Positions 9,590 through 17,660 are shown, counted from the stretch's first letter. The stretch: DNA of 64,000 nt from Clostridia bacterium (GCA_022793875.1 JAAWDR010000030.1:2869-66868); one strand, 5' to 3'. Translations and numbers: made by a program. Notes: generated from the letters alone by a model not told the origin.

Positions 9590-9653
9590 AATTTTTATGC
9601 CTCCTATATATTGATAAAATAATTATAACATAAATTTACAACTAATGCAATAG

Positions 9654-10229
9654 TTAACATAAGAAAAATTTTGAAAGTCCAATAAAAATTAGTAAAATTC
9701 CAGATATTAGTGACCATATATTTTCAGGTAATTTATAAAGTTTATTAATATTTTTACCCAAAAGACTACCAATGCTTAAAAAGAACAACTGAAAAATACT
9801 AACTAATATAGGAAATAATCTTAAATTTATATTACTAATACTTCCTCCTATTCCAATACATAAACTATCTAAAGAAAGAGCTATTGCTAAAAATATTGAT
9901 TCTCTTGAATCTATAATTTTAGACTTATCTAAATCTGAAGATATAGGGTTATTGAATATATTTGAAAAATCTTCTTTTAATGCTTGCAAACATATATAAA
10001 CTCCCATAAAAATTAGAATAGAGCTACCAATTAATTTGGTTAAAAAATGAGGAAAAATTGATTCTATAATGTTTCCTAGAAATATTGATATATAAGTTAC
10101 TGTTATAGAAATGATAAATAATAGTATTTTTCCTATTAAAGAAATTTTTGTATTTTTAATTCCATATGTAATTCCGATTCCTAGTGAATCGATGCTACTT
10201 GAAATTGCTAAAATAAAAGAACTTAACAT
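9654..10229 (-). CDS. YtaF/MntP-family (DUF204) membrane protein
   Basis: 191 aa, about 6 TM. Duplicated SxDSLGIG / SLDSLCIGIG half-motifs are typical of the MntP/YtaF family. Confidence 0.6.
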   Translation of the reverse strand: MLSSFILAISSSIDSLGIGITYGIKNTKISLIGKILLFIISITVTYISIFLGNIIESIFPHFLTKLIGSSILIFMGVYICLQALKEDFSNIFNNPISSDLDKSKIIDSRESIFLAIALSLDSLCIGIGGSISNINLRLFPILVSIFQLFFLSIGSLLGKNINKLYKLPENIWSLISGILLIFIGLSKFFLC

Positions 10230-10358
10230 AATAACACCTCTTACAACATATTATGAAAAGATATATGAAATTGCTATTGATTTTTTTATGTTAATTATGA
10301 TATACTTGCATAGTAAATATAAATAGTGTTTCCGCTATGTATAGCAGAAAGGGACATC

Positions 10359-10613
10359 ATGAGATATTTGAATTTAATAAAATGTACTTTCATTTCTTCT
10401 ACATATGTGGTTTTTGATTTTACCATTGAGGAAAGTTGTGATGGAAAAGAGGTGGTTGCTAGAGGTAATATTATAATTAATAGGGAATTTAAAAATACAG
10501 CAAGCATAATACGTAGATGTAACGAAATTATTGAGAGAGAAGTTGAAGAAACTAAAAAAAGGTGCATTGAAAAAGCAAAATGGATTTTTGAAAGTGATGT
10601 ACATGTTATCTAG
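10359..10613 (+). CDS. hypothetical protein
   Basis: ORF-track frame trimmed to the internal ATG after AAAGGGA. No recognisable family. A hairpin terminator follows at 10626-10674. Confidence 0.3.
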   Translation: MRYLNLIKCTFISSTYVVFDFTIEESCDGKEVVARGNIIINREFKNTASIIRRCNEIIEREVEETKKRCIEKAKWIFESDVHVI

Positions 10614-10775
10614 ATAATTGGCTATAAAATAGGAACTATTTAATAAAAATAATTTATTAAATGGTTCCTATTTTAGTTATAGCGAATTTGCCATAATAAA
10701 AAAGATAATTAGATGTAATAAAAAAGTACAAGCCACATATAATTTAATAATTCATAAGAAAAAGGAGTGAATTTT

Positions 10776-13442
10776 ATGTGGCATACACAAAGAAAAGATG
10801 AAGTTTTAAAAAACTTAGGAACAAATGAAAAAGAAGGTTTAGTAGAAGAAGAGGTAAAAAAAAGGCAAGAAAAAGATGGAAAAAATAGGTTACAGGAAAA
10901 GAAAAAAGACAGTTTTCTAATCAAATTTTTAAAACAATTTAATGATTTTATGATTATCATATTGATAATTGCTTCAATTGTGTCAGCTTTTGTTTCGAAA
11001 ATGCAAGGAGAAAATGACTATGTAGATTCTATTATAATTATTGGAATAGTAGTTTTCAATGCATTAATGGGAGTTATACAAGAAGCAAAAGCAGAAAAGG
11101 CAATTGAATCATTAAAACAAATGACACCTCAAATTGCAAAAGTTATTAGAAATGGCAAAAAAATTGAGATTAATGCTGAAGAATTGGTAAAGGGAGATAT
11201 TATAGAACTAGAAGCTGGAAATTTTGTTCCTGCTGATTGTAGAATTTTAGAAAGTCACAATTTAAAAATAGAGGAATCGTCTTTAACAGGAGAAACAGAG
11301 CCAGCGTTAAAAGATGCAGATATGATTTGTAAAAAAGATATAACACTTGGTGATATGAAAAATTCAGCTTTTATGGCAAGTATTACAGTAAATGGACATG
11401 GAAGAGCGGTAGTTACAGAAATTGGAATGAATACAAAAGTTGGACAAATTGCTAATATGATTATTGAAGATACAGAACCAGAAACCCCATTACAGAAGAA
11501 ATTAGGAGAAGTAGGGAAAATACTTGGATTAGCATGTCTTGTTATTTGTATAATAATATTTGTAATTGGGTTAATTAAACATATAGAACCTGTTGAAATG
11601 TTTATGACTTCTGTTGGACTTGCAGTTGCAGCTATACCAGAAGGTCTTCCAGCAATAGTAACAATTATGCTTTCTATTGGTGTTACAAAAATGGCAAAAA
11701 AGAATAGTATAATTAGAAAATTGCCAGCAGTAGAAACACTTGGAAGTAGTAGTGTAATTTGCTCAGATAAAACAGGAACATTAACTCAAAATAAAATGAC
11801 AGTTGTAGATGTAAAAGGAAAGAATAAAAAATTTATAATAGAATTAGCATCATTATGCACAGATTGTGAGATTTCTGTGGAAAATGGAAATAAGAATGTT
11901 TCTGGAGAACCAACAGAAAAAGCGATTGTAGAAGAAGGTATAAATATTGGTGCTATAAAAAGTGAATTAGAAGTATTGCTACCTAGAATTAATGAAATAC
12001 CATTTGATTCTAACAGAAAAATGATGACAACAATACATAAAATAGGAAATAAATATAGAGTAATAACAAAAGGAGCACCAGATGTTTTACTACAAAAATG
12101 TACAAAAGAAGTTTTAGATATTAATGAAATGAATAATCAATATAGTATAAGAGTGCAAGCTTTAAATATTTCTAAAATACAAAATGATAATAAACAAATG
12201 GCACAAAATGCGTTAAGAGTAATTGCAGTTGCTTATAAAGATGTAGATTATTTGCCAACTAAGATAGACTCGGCAAATATAGAAAATAATTTAACTTTTG
12301 TAGGTCTTATTGGGATGATAGATCCGCCAAGAGATGGAGTGAAAGAGGCTGTAAGGACATGTAAAGAAGCAGGAATAAAGACAGTTATGATTACAGGAGA
12401 TCATTTAGAAACAGCAAGAGCTATAGCTAGAGATTTAGGAATTTTAGAATCAAAAGATAAAGCTATTACAGGACAAGAGTTAGATAAGATGACACAAGAA
12501 CAATTAGAAAAAAATATAAGAGATTATTCAGTGTTTGCAAGGGTAACTCCTGAGCATAAAGTAAGAATTGTAAAAGCATGGCAAAGAAAAGATGCAGTAG
12601 TTGCAATGACAGGAGATGGAGTAAATGATAGCCCAGCATTAAAAAATGCTGATATTGGAATTGCAATGGGAAAAAATGGTACAGATGTTGCTAAAAATGC
12701 AGCTGATATAATCCTTACAGATGATAACTTTGTAACAATAGTAGAGGCTGTAAAACAAGGTAGAAACATATATGATAATATTAAGAAAGCGATACATTTT
12801 TTAATTGCTACAAATATAGGAGAAATAGTAACGATTTTTGTTGGATTGATATTAGGACTAAAATCACCATTACTTGCAATTCAATTATTATGGATAAATT
12901 TGGTTACAGATTCATTACCAGCAATAGCTTTAGGTTTAGAAAAGCCTGAAAAAGATATAATGAATAGGAAACCTGTAAGCCGTAAAAAAGGAATTTTTGC
13001 TGATGGGTTATGGAATAAGATTATTGTAGAGGGTGTAATGATTGGAATTTTAACACTTGTTGCATTTAGTGTTGGTAATAAATATTATGGATTAGAAGTT
13101 GGTAGAACAATGGCATTTTTATCAATAGGTTTATTGGAATTGATACATAGTTTTAATATTAAAAGTGACAAGTCAATATTTGGAAATAATTTATTTGAAA
13201 ATAAATATTTGGTAGGAAGCTTTGTTTTAGGTGTATTTATTCAGGCTATCGTAGTAGTTATACCATTTTTAGCAAATATATTTGAAGTTGTTCCTTTAAA
13301 TTTGACTCAATGGATTATTACTGCTTGTATTTCTATGCTTCCTATTCCAATTGTAGAATTGCAGAAGAGAATGGATGTGAAAAATGGAGTAAGTTTAAGA
13401 AAAAATAACAAAATATATAATTGTATCAGTAAAAAAGTTTAA
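10776..13442 (+). CDS. calcium-translocating P-type ATPase (PMCA/SERCA-like)
   Basis: DKTGTLT phosphorylation site, TGES, TGDHLETA, MTGDGVNDSPALK. ATG at 10776 is preferred (8 nt after AAGGAG) over the GTG at 10767. Confidence 0.93.
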   Translation: MWHTQRKDEVLKNLGTNEKEGLVEEEVKKRQEKDGKNRLQEKKKDSFLIKFLKQFNDFMIIILIIASIVSAFVSKMQGENDYVDSIIIIGIVVFNALMGVIQEAKAEKAIESLKQMTPQIAKVIRNGKKIEINAEELVKGDIIELEAGNFVPADCRILESHNLKIEESSLTGETEPALKDADMICKKDITLGDMKNSAFMASITVNGHGRAVVTEIGMNTKVGQIANMIIEDTEPETPLQKKLGEVGKILGLACLVICIIIFVIGLIKHIEPVEMFMTSVGLAVAAIPEGLPAIVTIMLSIGVTKMAKKNSIIRKLPAVETLGSSSVICSDKTGTLTQNKMTVVDVKGKNKKFIIELASLCTDCEISVENGNKNVSGEPTEKAIVEEGINIGAIKSELEVLLPRINEIPFDSNRKMMTTIHKIGNKYRVITKGAPDVLLQKCTKEVLDINEMNNQYSIRVQALNISKIQNDNKQMAQNALRVIAVAYKDVDYLPTKIDSANIENNLTFVGLIGMIDPPRDGVKEAVRTCKEAGIKTVMITGDHLETARAIARDLGILESKDKAITGQELDKMTQEQLEKNIRDYSVFARVTPEHKVRIVKAWQRKDAVVAMTGDGVNDSPALKNADIGIAMGKNGTDVAKNAADIILTDDNFVTIVEAVKQGRNIYDNIKKAIHFLIATNIGEIVTIFVGLILGLKSPLLAIQLLWINLVTDSLPAIALGLEKPEKDIMNRKPVSRKKGIFADGLWNKIIVEGVMIGILTLVAFSVGNKYYGLEVGRTMAFLSIGLLELIHSFNIKSDKSIFGNNLFENKYLVGSFVLGVFIQAIVVVIPFLANIFEVVPLNLTQWIITACISMLPIPIVELQKRMDVKNGVSLRKNNKIYNCISKKV

Positions 13443-13456
13443 ATAATTAAATTTAG

Positions 13457-13633
13457 GTTTCGATATTTTTTAATATAACATTATCAGATACCCCAAAACT
13501 AAGTTTAATATGGGATTATATTCCAAGAGAATTATCAAAAGAGAATTCAAAATTTGTATATGGGCATGTACTTATATTGTCTTTATTTTTGTCGAAATTT
13601 GCAAAAAGTCTTGAAAAACAAAAAAAGTTATGA
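13457..13633 (+). pseudogene. start-less remnant resembling the C-terminal part of an AAA/DUF4143-type ATPase
   Basis: Hand translation gives ...SDTPKLSLIWDYIPRELSKENSKFVYGHV.... There is no in-frame start codon upstream. Family assignment is from memory only. Confidence 0.3.
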
Positions 13634-13847
13634 GATACTTTAGAAGTAAAATTATTATATTTTTACAAATAAGAACTTTGAAAAAAGAATAATCCATAAA
13701 ATAATATTTAAGTTTTTATAAAGTATATATTTATTTATAAATGATAAAAACTTAAAAATATTATAAAAAATAAGTATATTTATTTGTAAAAATATAAATA
13801 ATAAAAGAAAAAATAGAAATAAGGAACAAAGGAGGAAAAATTATAAA

Positions 13848-15035
13848 ATGAAAAAGCAAAACAAAGGTATAACACTTGTAGCATTAGTAATTACAATTAT
13901 CATATTATTAATTTTAGCGGGAATCTCAATAAGTGCATTAACAGGAAGTGGATTATTCCAAAAGGCAGGAGATGCCAAAAATAGTTATGAAGAAGCAGAA
14001 AGAAGAGAAAATTCAATATTAGGAGAATATGAAAACTATATTGATAATTTAGGAAATGGTGGAAGTACAGGAAGTTTACCATCAAATGCAGAAACAACAC
14101 CATATTTACCAGACTCAAGTAGTAAAATAATAGAAAATTCAAATTTAGAAACAGGATTAGTAGTAGCAGATAAAAATAATAATGAATGGGTATGGATAGT
14201 AGTGCCAAAATCAGTAACAGCAAGTGCAACAACAGATTTAGAAATAGAAAATGCATTACAAACATATGCAACAGATTATAGAAGTTCTTGGACAGATGAA
14301 TGGTATGAAGGATGTGGATTAACAGAAGCACAATATAATGAAAATAAAAGTAAAATGTTGCAAAGTATAAAAGCAAATGGAGGATTTTGGATAAGTAGAT
14401 ATGAAGCAGGAATAGAAGGAAGTGTGCAAAATCCATCTTTAGCAAGAACAGAGCCAGGAGAACTAACAACATCGTCACCAAAGGCAGTAAGTAAGCCAGA
14501 CCATATACCATATAATTGGGTAACATGTAGTCAAGCACAAAATCTAGCAAGTCAAATGAGTCCAGAGACAACAAAAACAAGTAGTTTATTATTTGGAATA
14601 CAATGGGATTTAGTGTGTAAGTACCTAGAGGGAAAAGACGGATTAACAACAGCAGATATAAATGAAGATAGTTCAAGTTGGGGAAATTATAGTAATAATT
14701 CATTAAATATAACAAGTGCAAAAGCTATGGGAGCAGAATTCAATACATCAACATATCAACTAGGAGAGTGGCAAAATGTTACTGAGAAACCAGCAAATAA
14801 ACTAAGTCTATTAACAACAGGAGCATCAATAGGAACTAAGAAGATGAATATATATAATTTTGCAAGTAATGAAGCAGAATGTACATTAGAAAAGGCGACC
14901 AGCAGCAGCGATCCATGTAGCATTAGGGGAGGCATTTACAGCCTTACAGGTTCCGACTATCCAGCTTCTGCTCGCAACGACTATGATCCTTCTAGCGGTA
15001 ACGACGTCATTGGTTTGCGCGTTTCACTTTATTAA
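13848..15035 (+). CDS. DGR variable (target) protein: prepilin-like N-terminus plus FGE/C-type-lectin-fold domain
   Basis: N-terminus MKKQNKG|ITLVALVITIIILLILAGISISALTG. SUMF1/FGE-like motifs GFWISRYEA, NWVTCSQAQNLA, LLFGIQWDLVCKYL, NIYNFASNEAECT, SIRGG, VIGLRVS. The last 47 codons match the TR. Confidence 0.9.
   Translation: MKKQNKGITLVALVITIIILLILAGISISALTGSGLFQKAGDAKNSYEEAERRENSILGEYENYIDNLGNGGSTGSLPSNAETTPYLPDSSSKIIENSNLETGLVVADKNNNEWVWIVVPKSVTASATTDLEIENALQTYATDYRSSWTDEWYEGCGLTEAQYNENKSKMLQSIKANGGFWISRYEAGIEGSVQNPSLARTEPGELTTSSPKAVSKPDHIPYNWVTCSQAQNLASQMSPETTKTSSLLFGIQWDLVCKYLEGKDGLTTADINEDSSSWGNYSNNSLNITSAKAMGAEFNTSTYQLGEWQNVTEKPANKLSLLTTGASIGTKKMNIYNFASNEAECTLEKATSSSDPCSIRGGIYSLTGSDYPASARNDYDPSSGNDVIGLRVSLY
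14892..15034 (+). other. DGR variable region (VR)
   Basis: Gap-free alignment to 16536-16678 (offset 1644). Mismatches fall almost exclusively at TR adenines. Confidence 0.9.
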
Positions 15036-15138
15036 AGTAGGACTGAACTCTAAAGCCGTGACTATAACATTATAAAAAAATTAGTTTTAAAAGTACAGAT
15101 TATGAAAAGAGTAATCTAACGAATTTAATACGTTAGAG

Positions 15139-15206
15139 GTGAAAATTTTTGTTTATCGCTAAATTTGACGAAGTCAAAAGTTTAGCGGTAAAAGAAAAAT
15201 TTTCAC
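15139..15206 (+). other. long imperfect nested hairpin downstream of the VR
   Basis: GTGAAAATTTTTGTTTATCGCTAAA pairs with TTTAGCGGTAAAAGAAAAATTTTCAC (12+3+7 bp). It encloses the inner hairpin TTTGAC-GAA-GTCAAA. Confidence 0.5.
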
Positions 15207-15217
15207 TCAAGCGGTGG

Positions 15218-15242
15218 CGCCACCCAAGCGGTGGCGTTTTTT
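15218..15242 (+). terminator. GC-rich intrinsic terminator between the target gene and the accessory/RT genes
   Basis: CGCCACC-CAAGC-GGTGGCG followed by TTTTTT. Preceded by a direct repeat of CAAGCGGTGGCG that could form an alternative pairing. Confidence 0.6.
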
Positions 15243-15294
15243 GTGCGTTTAGCACAAAGAACGTCACCAAAATAAAAAAAGGAGGTACGCCAAA

Positions 15295-15549
15295 ATGGCA
15301 TTTAGTAAAATGATAGAATTATTACAAAAGAAAGATGAAGGAAAAATAATACTAGTAAATGCAGGAGCATTTTATATAGCAAGAGGAAAAGATGCAGAAC
15401 TAAATACACAAAGAATATATCTAAGAATAATGAAAAATAACAAATGGATAGATGAAAGAAAATTCAGAATAGTAATGGAGCAAATATATGAAATAGGAAA
15501 AATACTAGGAGGACTATATAAACACTATGCCAAAAACAATCCGAAATGA
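15295..15549 (+). CDS. DGR accessory protein candidate (MutS-domain-I-like N-terminus, Avd-like C-terminus)
   Basis: 84 aa. GGAGG lies 9 nt upstream. KIILVNAGAFYIARGKDAE resembles the MutS N-terminal GDFYE..G.DA motif. C-terminal EQIYEIGKILGGLYKHY resembles an Avd helix. Overlaps the RT start by 23 nt. Confidence 0.55.
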   Translation: MAFSKMIELLQKKDEGKIILVNAGAFYIARGKDAELNTQRIYLRIMKNNKWIDERKFRIVMEQIYEIGKILGGLYKHYAKNNPK

Positions 15550-16462
15550 ATTTGAAAAGCATTTAACATATGAAAAATTAATGGAAGCACACAAAAAATC
15601 AAAAAAAGGAAAAGGATACAGAAAAGAAATAATAGAATTTAACTTAAAACAAGAAGAATATATAATATGGTTATTAGAACAATTAAAAACACAGAAATAC
15701 AAACATGGGGGATATACAACATTTTATGTAACAGAACCAAAATTAAGAAAAATAGAAAAATCAAGATACATAGATAGAATAGTACATAGATGGGTAGTAG
15801 ATAACTTTTTAGAACCAGCATTTGTACCACAATTTGTAAATACATCATTTGCATGTCTAAAAAATAAAGGAATGCACAAAGCATGTTTATATGTTCAAAA
15901 CACAATGAAGCACTGTAAAAACATATGGAATGAGCATTATATACTAAAAATGGATGTATCAAAATATTTTGATACTATAGATAAAAAAATATTATTAAAA
16001 ATTATAGAAAAGAAAATAAAAGATAAAAAGCTATTATGGTTATTAAATGAAATAGATCAATTTATAAAACACAAATTACATATAAAATATTATTGTAGAT
16101 ATTTAGATGACAGTATAGTAATAGTAAAAACAAAGCAAGAAGCAAAAGATGCATTAATAAAAATACAAAAATATTTAAAAGAAAATTTAGAGCTAGAATT
16201 AAATAAAAAAACACAAATATTTAAAAATAAACAAGGAGTAAACTTTTGTGGATATAAAATAAATGAATATAGACTAAAAATAAGAGACAAAGGAAAAAGA
16301 AAATTAAAGAAAAAAGTAAAAAAATTAAAAGAACAAATAAAATTAGGGAAAATTACAAGCAAAGAAGCGCATAAATATTTAGCAGGCCATATGGGATATA
16401 TAAAATATGCAAATACAAGAAACTTAGAAAATAAATTATTTTATTTAGAAAGTGAACAATAA
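15527..16462 (+). CDS. DGR-type reverse transcriptase
   Basis: RT motifs FYVTEPKLRKIEKSRYIDRIVHRWV (1), SFACLKNKGMHKA (2), ILKMDVSKYFDTID (3), YCRYLDDSIVIV (5), NFCGYKI (7). The cognate TR/VR pair is adjacent. Confidence 0.9.
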   Translation: MPKTIRNEFEKHLTYEKLMEAHKKSKKGKGYRKEIIEFNLKQEEYIIWLLEQLKTQKYKHGGYTTFYVTEPKLRKIEKSRYIDRIVHRWVVDNFLEPAFVPQFVNTSFACLKNKGMHKACLYVQNTMKHCKNIWNEHYILKMDVSKYFDTIDKKILLKIIEKKIKDKKLLWLLNEIDQFIKHKLHIKYYCRYLDDSIVIVKTKQEAKDALIKIQKYLKENLELELNKKTQIFKNKQGVNFCGYKINEYRLKIRDKGKRKLKKKVKKLKEQIKLGKITSKEAHKYLAGHMGYIKYANTRNLENKLFYLESEQ

Positions 16463-16535
16463 AATATATTTAATATACCAAAAACTAAAAAAGCGAAATT
16501 CAAAATAAAGATTTCAAAATATTAGGGATAAATCG

Positions 16536-16678
16536 AAAACGACCAACAGCAACAATCCATGTAGCAATAGGGGAGGCAATTACAACAATACAGGTTCCAA
16601 CAATCCAGCTTCTAACCGCAACAACAATGATCCTTCTAACAGTAACGACAACATTGGTTTACGCGTTTCACTCTAATA
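16536..16678 (+). other. DGR template repeat (TR)
   Basis: AAY-rich. In the VR frame it reads TTNSNNPCSNRGGNYNNTGSNNPASNRNNNDPSNSNDNIGLRVSL*. Lies 74 nt downstream of the RT stop. Confidence 0.9.
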
Positions 16679-16820
16679 TTATTTCAGATTATATATTTTA
16701 AGGAATATATACAGTAAAAATATTAGTATTAAAGAGATTTATTCCTTCCTAAATAGGTAAAAATGAATCAGTAGTGTTTGTATTTGTAAATTTGTTAATC
16801 GAATATATGAATAGTACGAA

Positions 16821-16853
16821 TATACAGAATTATAGCAATTATAATTCTGTATA
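16821..16853 (+). terminator. 13-bp perfect hairpin downstream of the TR
   Basis: TATACAGAATTAT-AGCAATT-ATAATTCTGTATA. Probable 3' boundary of the DGR transcript. Confidence 0.5.
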
Positions 16854-16944
16854 TAAAATTATAAAAAGTATTTTCAAAGATAACTTGGCAGTTTATTTTA
16901 AAGCAATGATTTGTAAAAAATTAATTAATATATAGGAGAGAAAA

Positions 16945-17190
16945 TTGAATTTAGTTTATATACAAGGAAAAATAATAAGTGACATAGAATTTAAATTTAT
17001 AATAAAAAGCAAAAACAAATCAATATCAATATTTAAATTAGAACTTACAAATAATTCAATAGTAACAATAAAGGCATATAATGAATTAGCAGATTATTGC
17101 TATAGTAAGTTAAATAAAGATGATATAATATTAATAGAAGGAAAATTAAACTCAAAATTAGAAATAATTCTTCAGATAATTGAACTGTAA
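16945..17190 (+). CDS. hypothetical small OB-fold/SSB-like protein
   Basis: TTG start after GGAGAG. The pattern VYIQGKII...IEGKL loosely resembles SSB/PriB OB folds. Weak assignment. Confidence 0.35.
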   Translation: MNLVYIQGKIISDIEFKFIIKSKNKSISIFKLELTNNSIVTIKAYNELADYCYSKLNKDDIILIEGKLNSKLEIILQIIEL

Positions 17191-17245
17191 CTATAATTAA
17201 TGAAAAAATTATAAATTTCAAAAAATTATAAATTTCAAAAAATCC

Positions 17246-17274
17246 ATTGCAAAATCAAAAAAAATATGGTAAAA
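17246..17274 (+). promoter_or_regulatory. sigma-A-type promoter of the rpsF-ssb-rpsR operon
   Basis: TTGCAA (17246-51), 17-nt spacer, extended -10 TGgTAAAAT (17266-74). Confidence 0.5.
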
Positions 17275-17375
17275 TAGCTATGTTAAAAACAAAGAAGCAT
17301 AGCTATTTTTATTTTTAACAAATCTCTACTTAACTTAAAAGTTAGGTTGTATAATCCATAGGGAGGTGAAAGATA

Positions 17376-17660
17376 ATGAATAAATACGAAAGTATTATCA
17401 TTGTTAATCCAAATGTTGATGAAGCAGGTATAAAAGCTTTAGAAGAAAAATTTACAGGATTAATAAATGAAAATGGAAAAGTAGAATCTGTTGAGAACAT
17501 GGGTAAAAAAAGATTAGCTTATGAAATCAAAAAATTCAAAGAAGGTACATATATGTTATTTAACTTTGAAGCAAAACCAGATTCAGTAGCAGAACTTGAA
17601 AGAGTTTACAGAATTACAGATGATATAATAAAATTCATCGTTGTAAGAAAAGAAGACTAA
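17376..17660 (+). CDS. rpsF: 30S ribosomal protein S6
   Basis: MNKYESIIIVNPNVDE...KRLAYEIKKFKEGTYMLFNF. Conserved rpsF-ssb-rpsR synteny. Confidence 0.95.
   Translation: MNKYESIIIVNPNVDEAGIKALEEKFTGLINENGKVESVENMGKKRLAYEIKKFKEGTYMLFNFEAKPDSVAELERVYRITDDIIKFIVVRKED

Noticed and set aside
13900-14721. 273-aa minus-strand ORF antisense to the DGR target gene, and similar Leu/Phe/Tyr/His-rich antisense ORFs (3052..3819, 5659..8586 set, 12466..12769, 15514..16362, 47191..47904 and others)
   Set aside because: They are low-complexity translations of the complement of A-rich coding strands. They have no RBS and fully overlap well-supported genes.
15527-16462. RT as a retron, group II intron or Abi/UG defence RT
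   Set aside because: There are no intron RNA domains or maturase/X domain and no msr/msd-like inverted repeats. An adjacent TR/VR pair with adenine-specific mismatches identifies a DGR.
16536-16678. TR as part of a protein-coding gene
   Set aside because: It has no start codon or RBS. It is AAY-rich, ends in a stop at the position where the VR reads through by one codon, and its function as an RNA template explains it.
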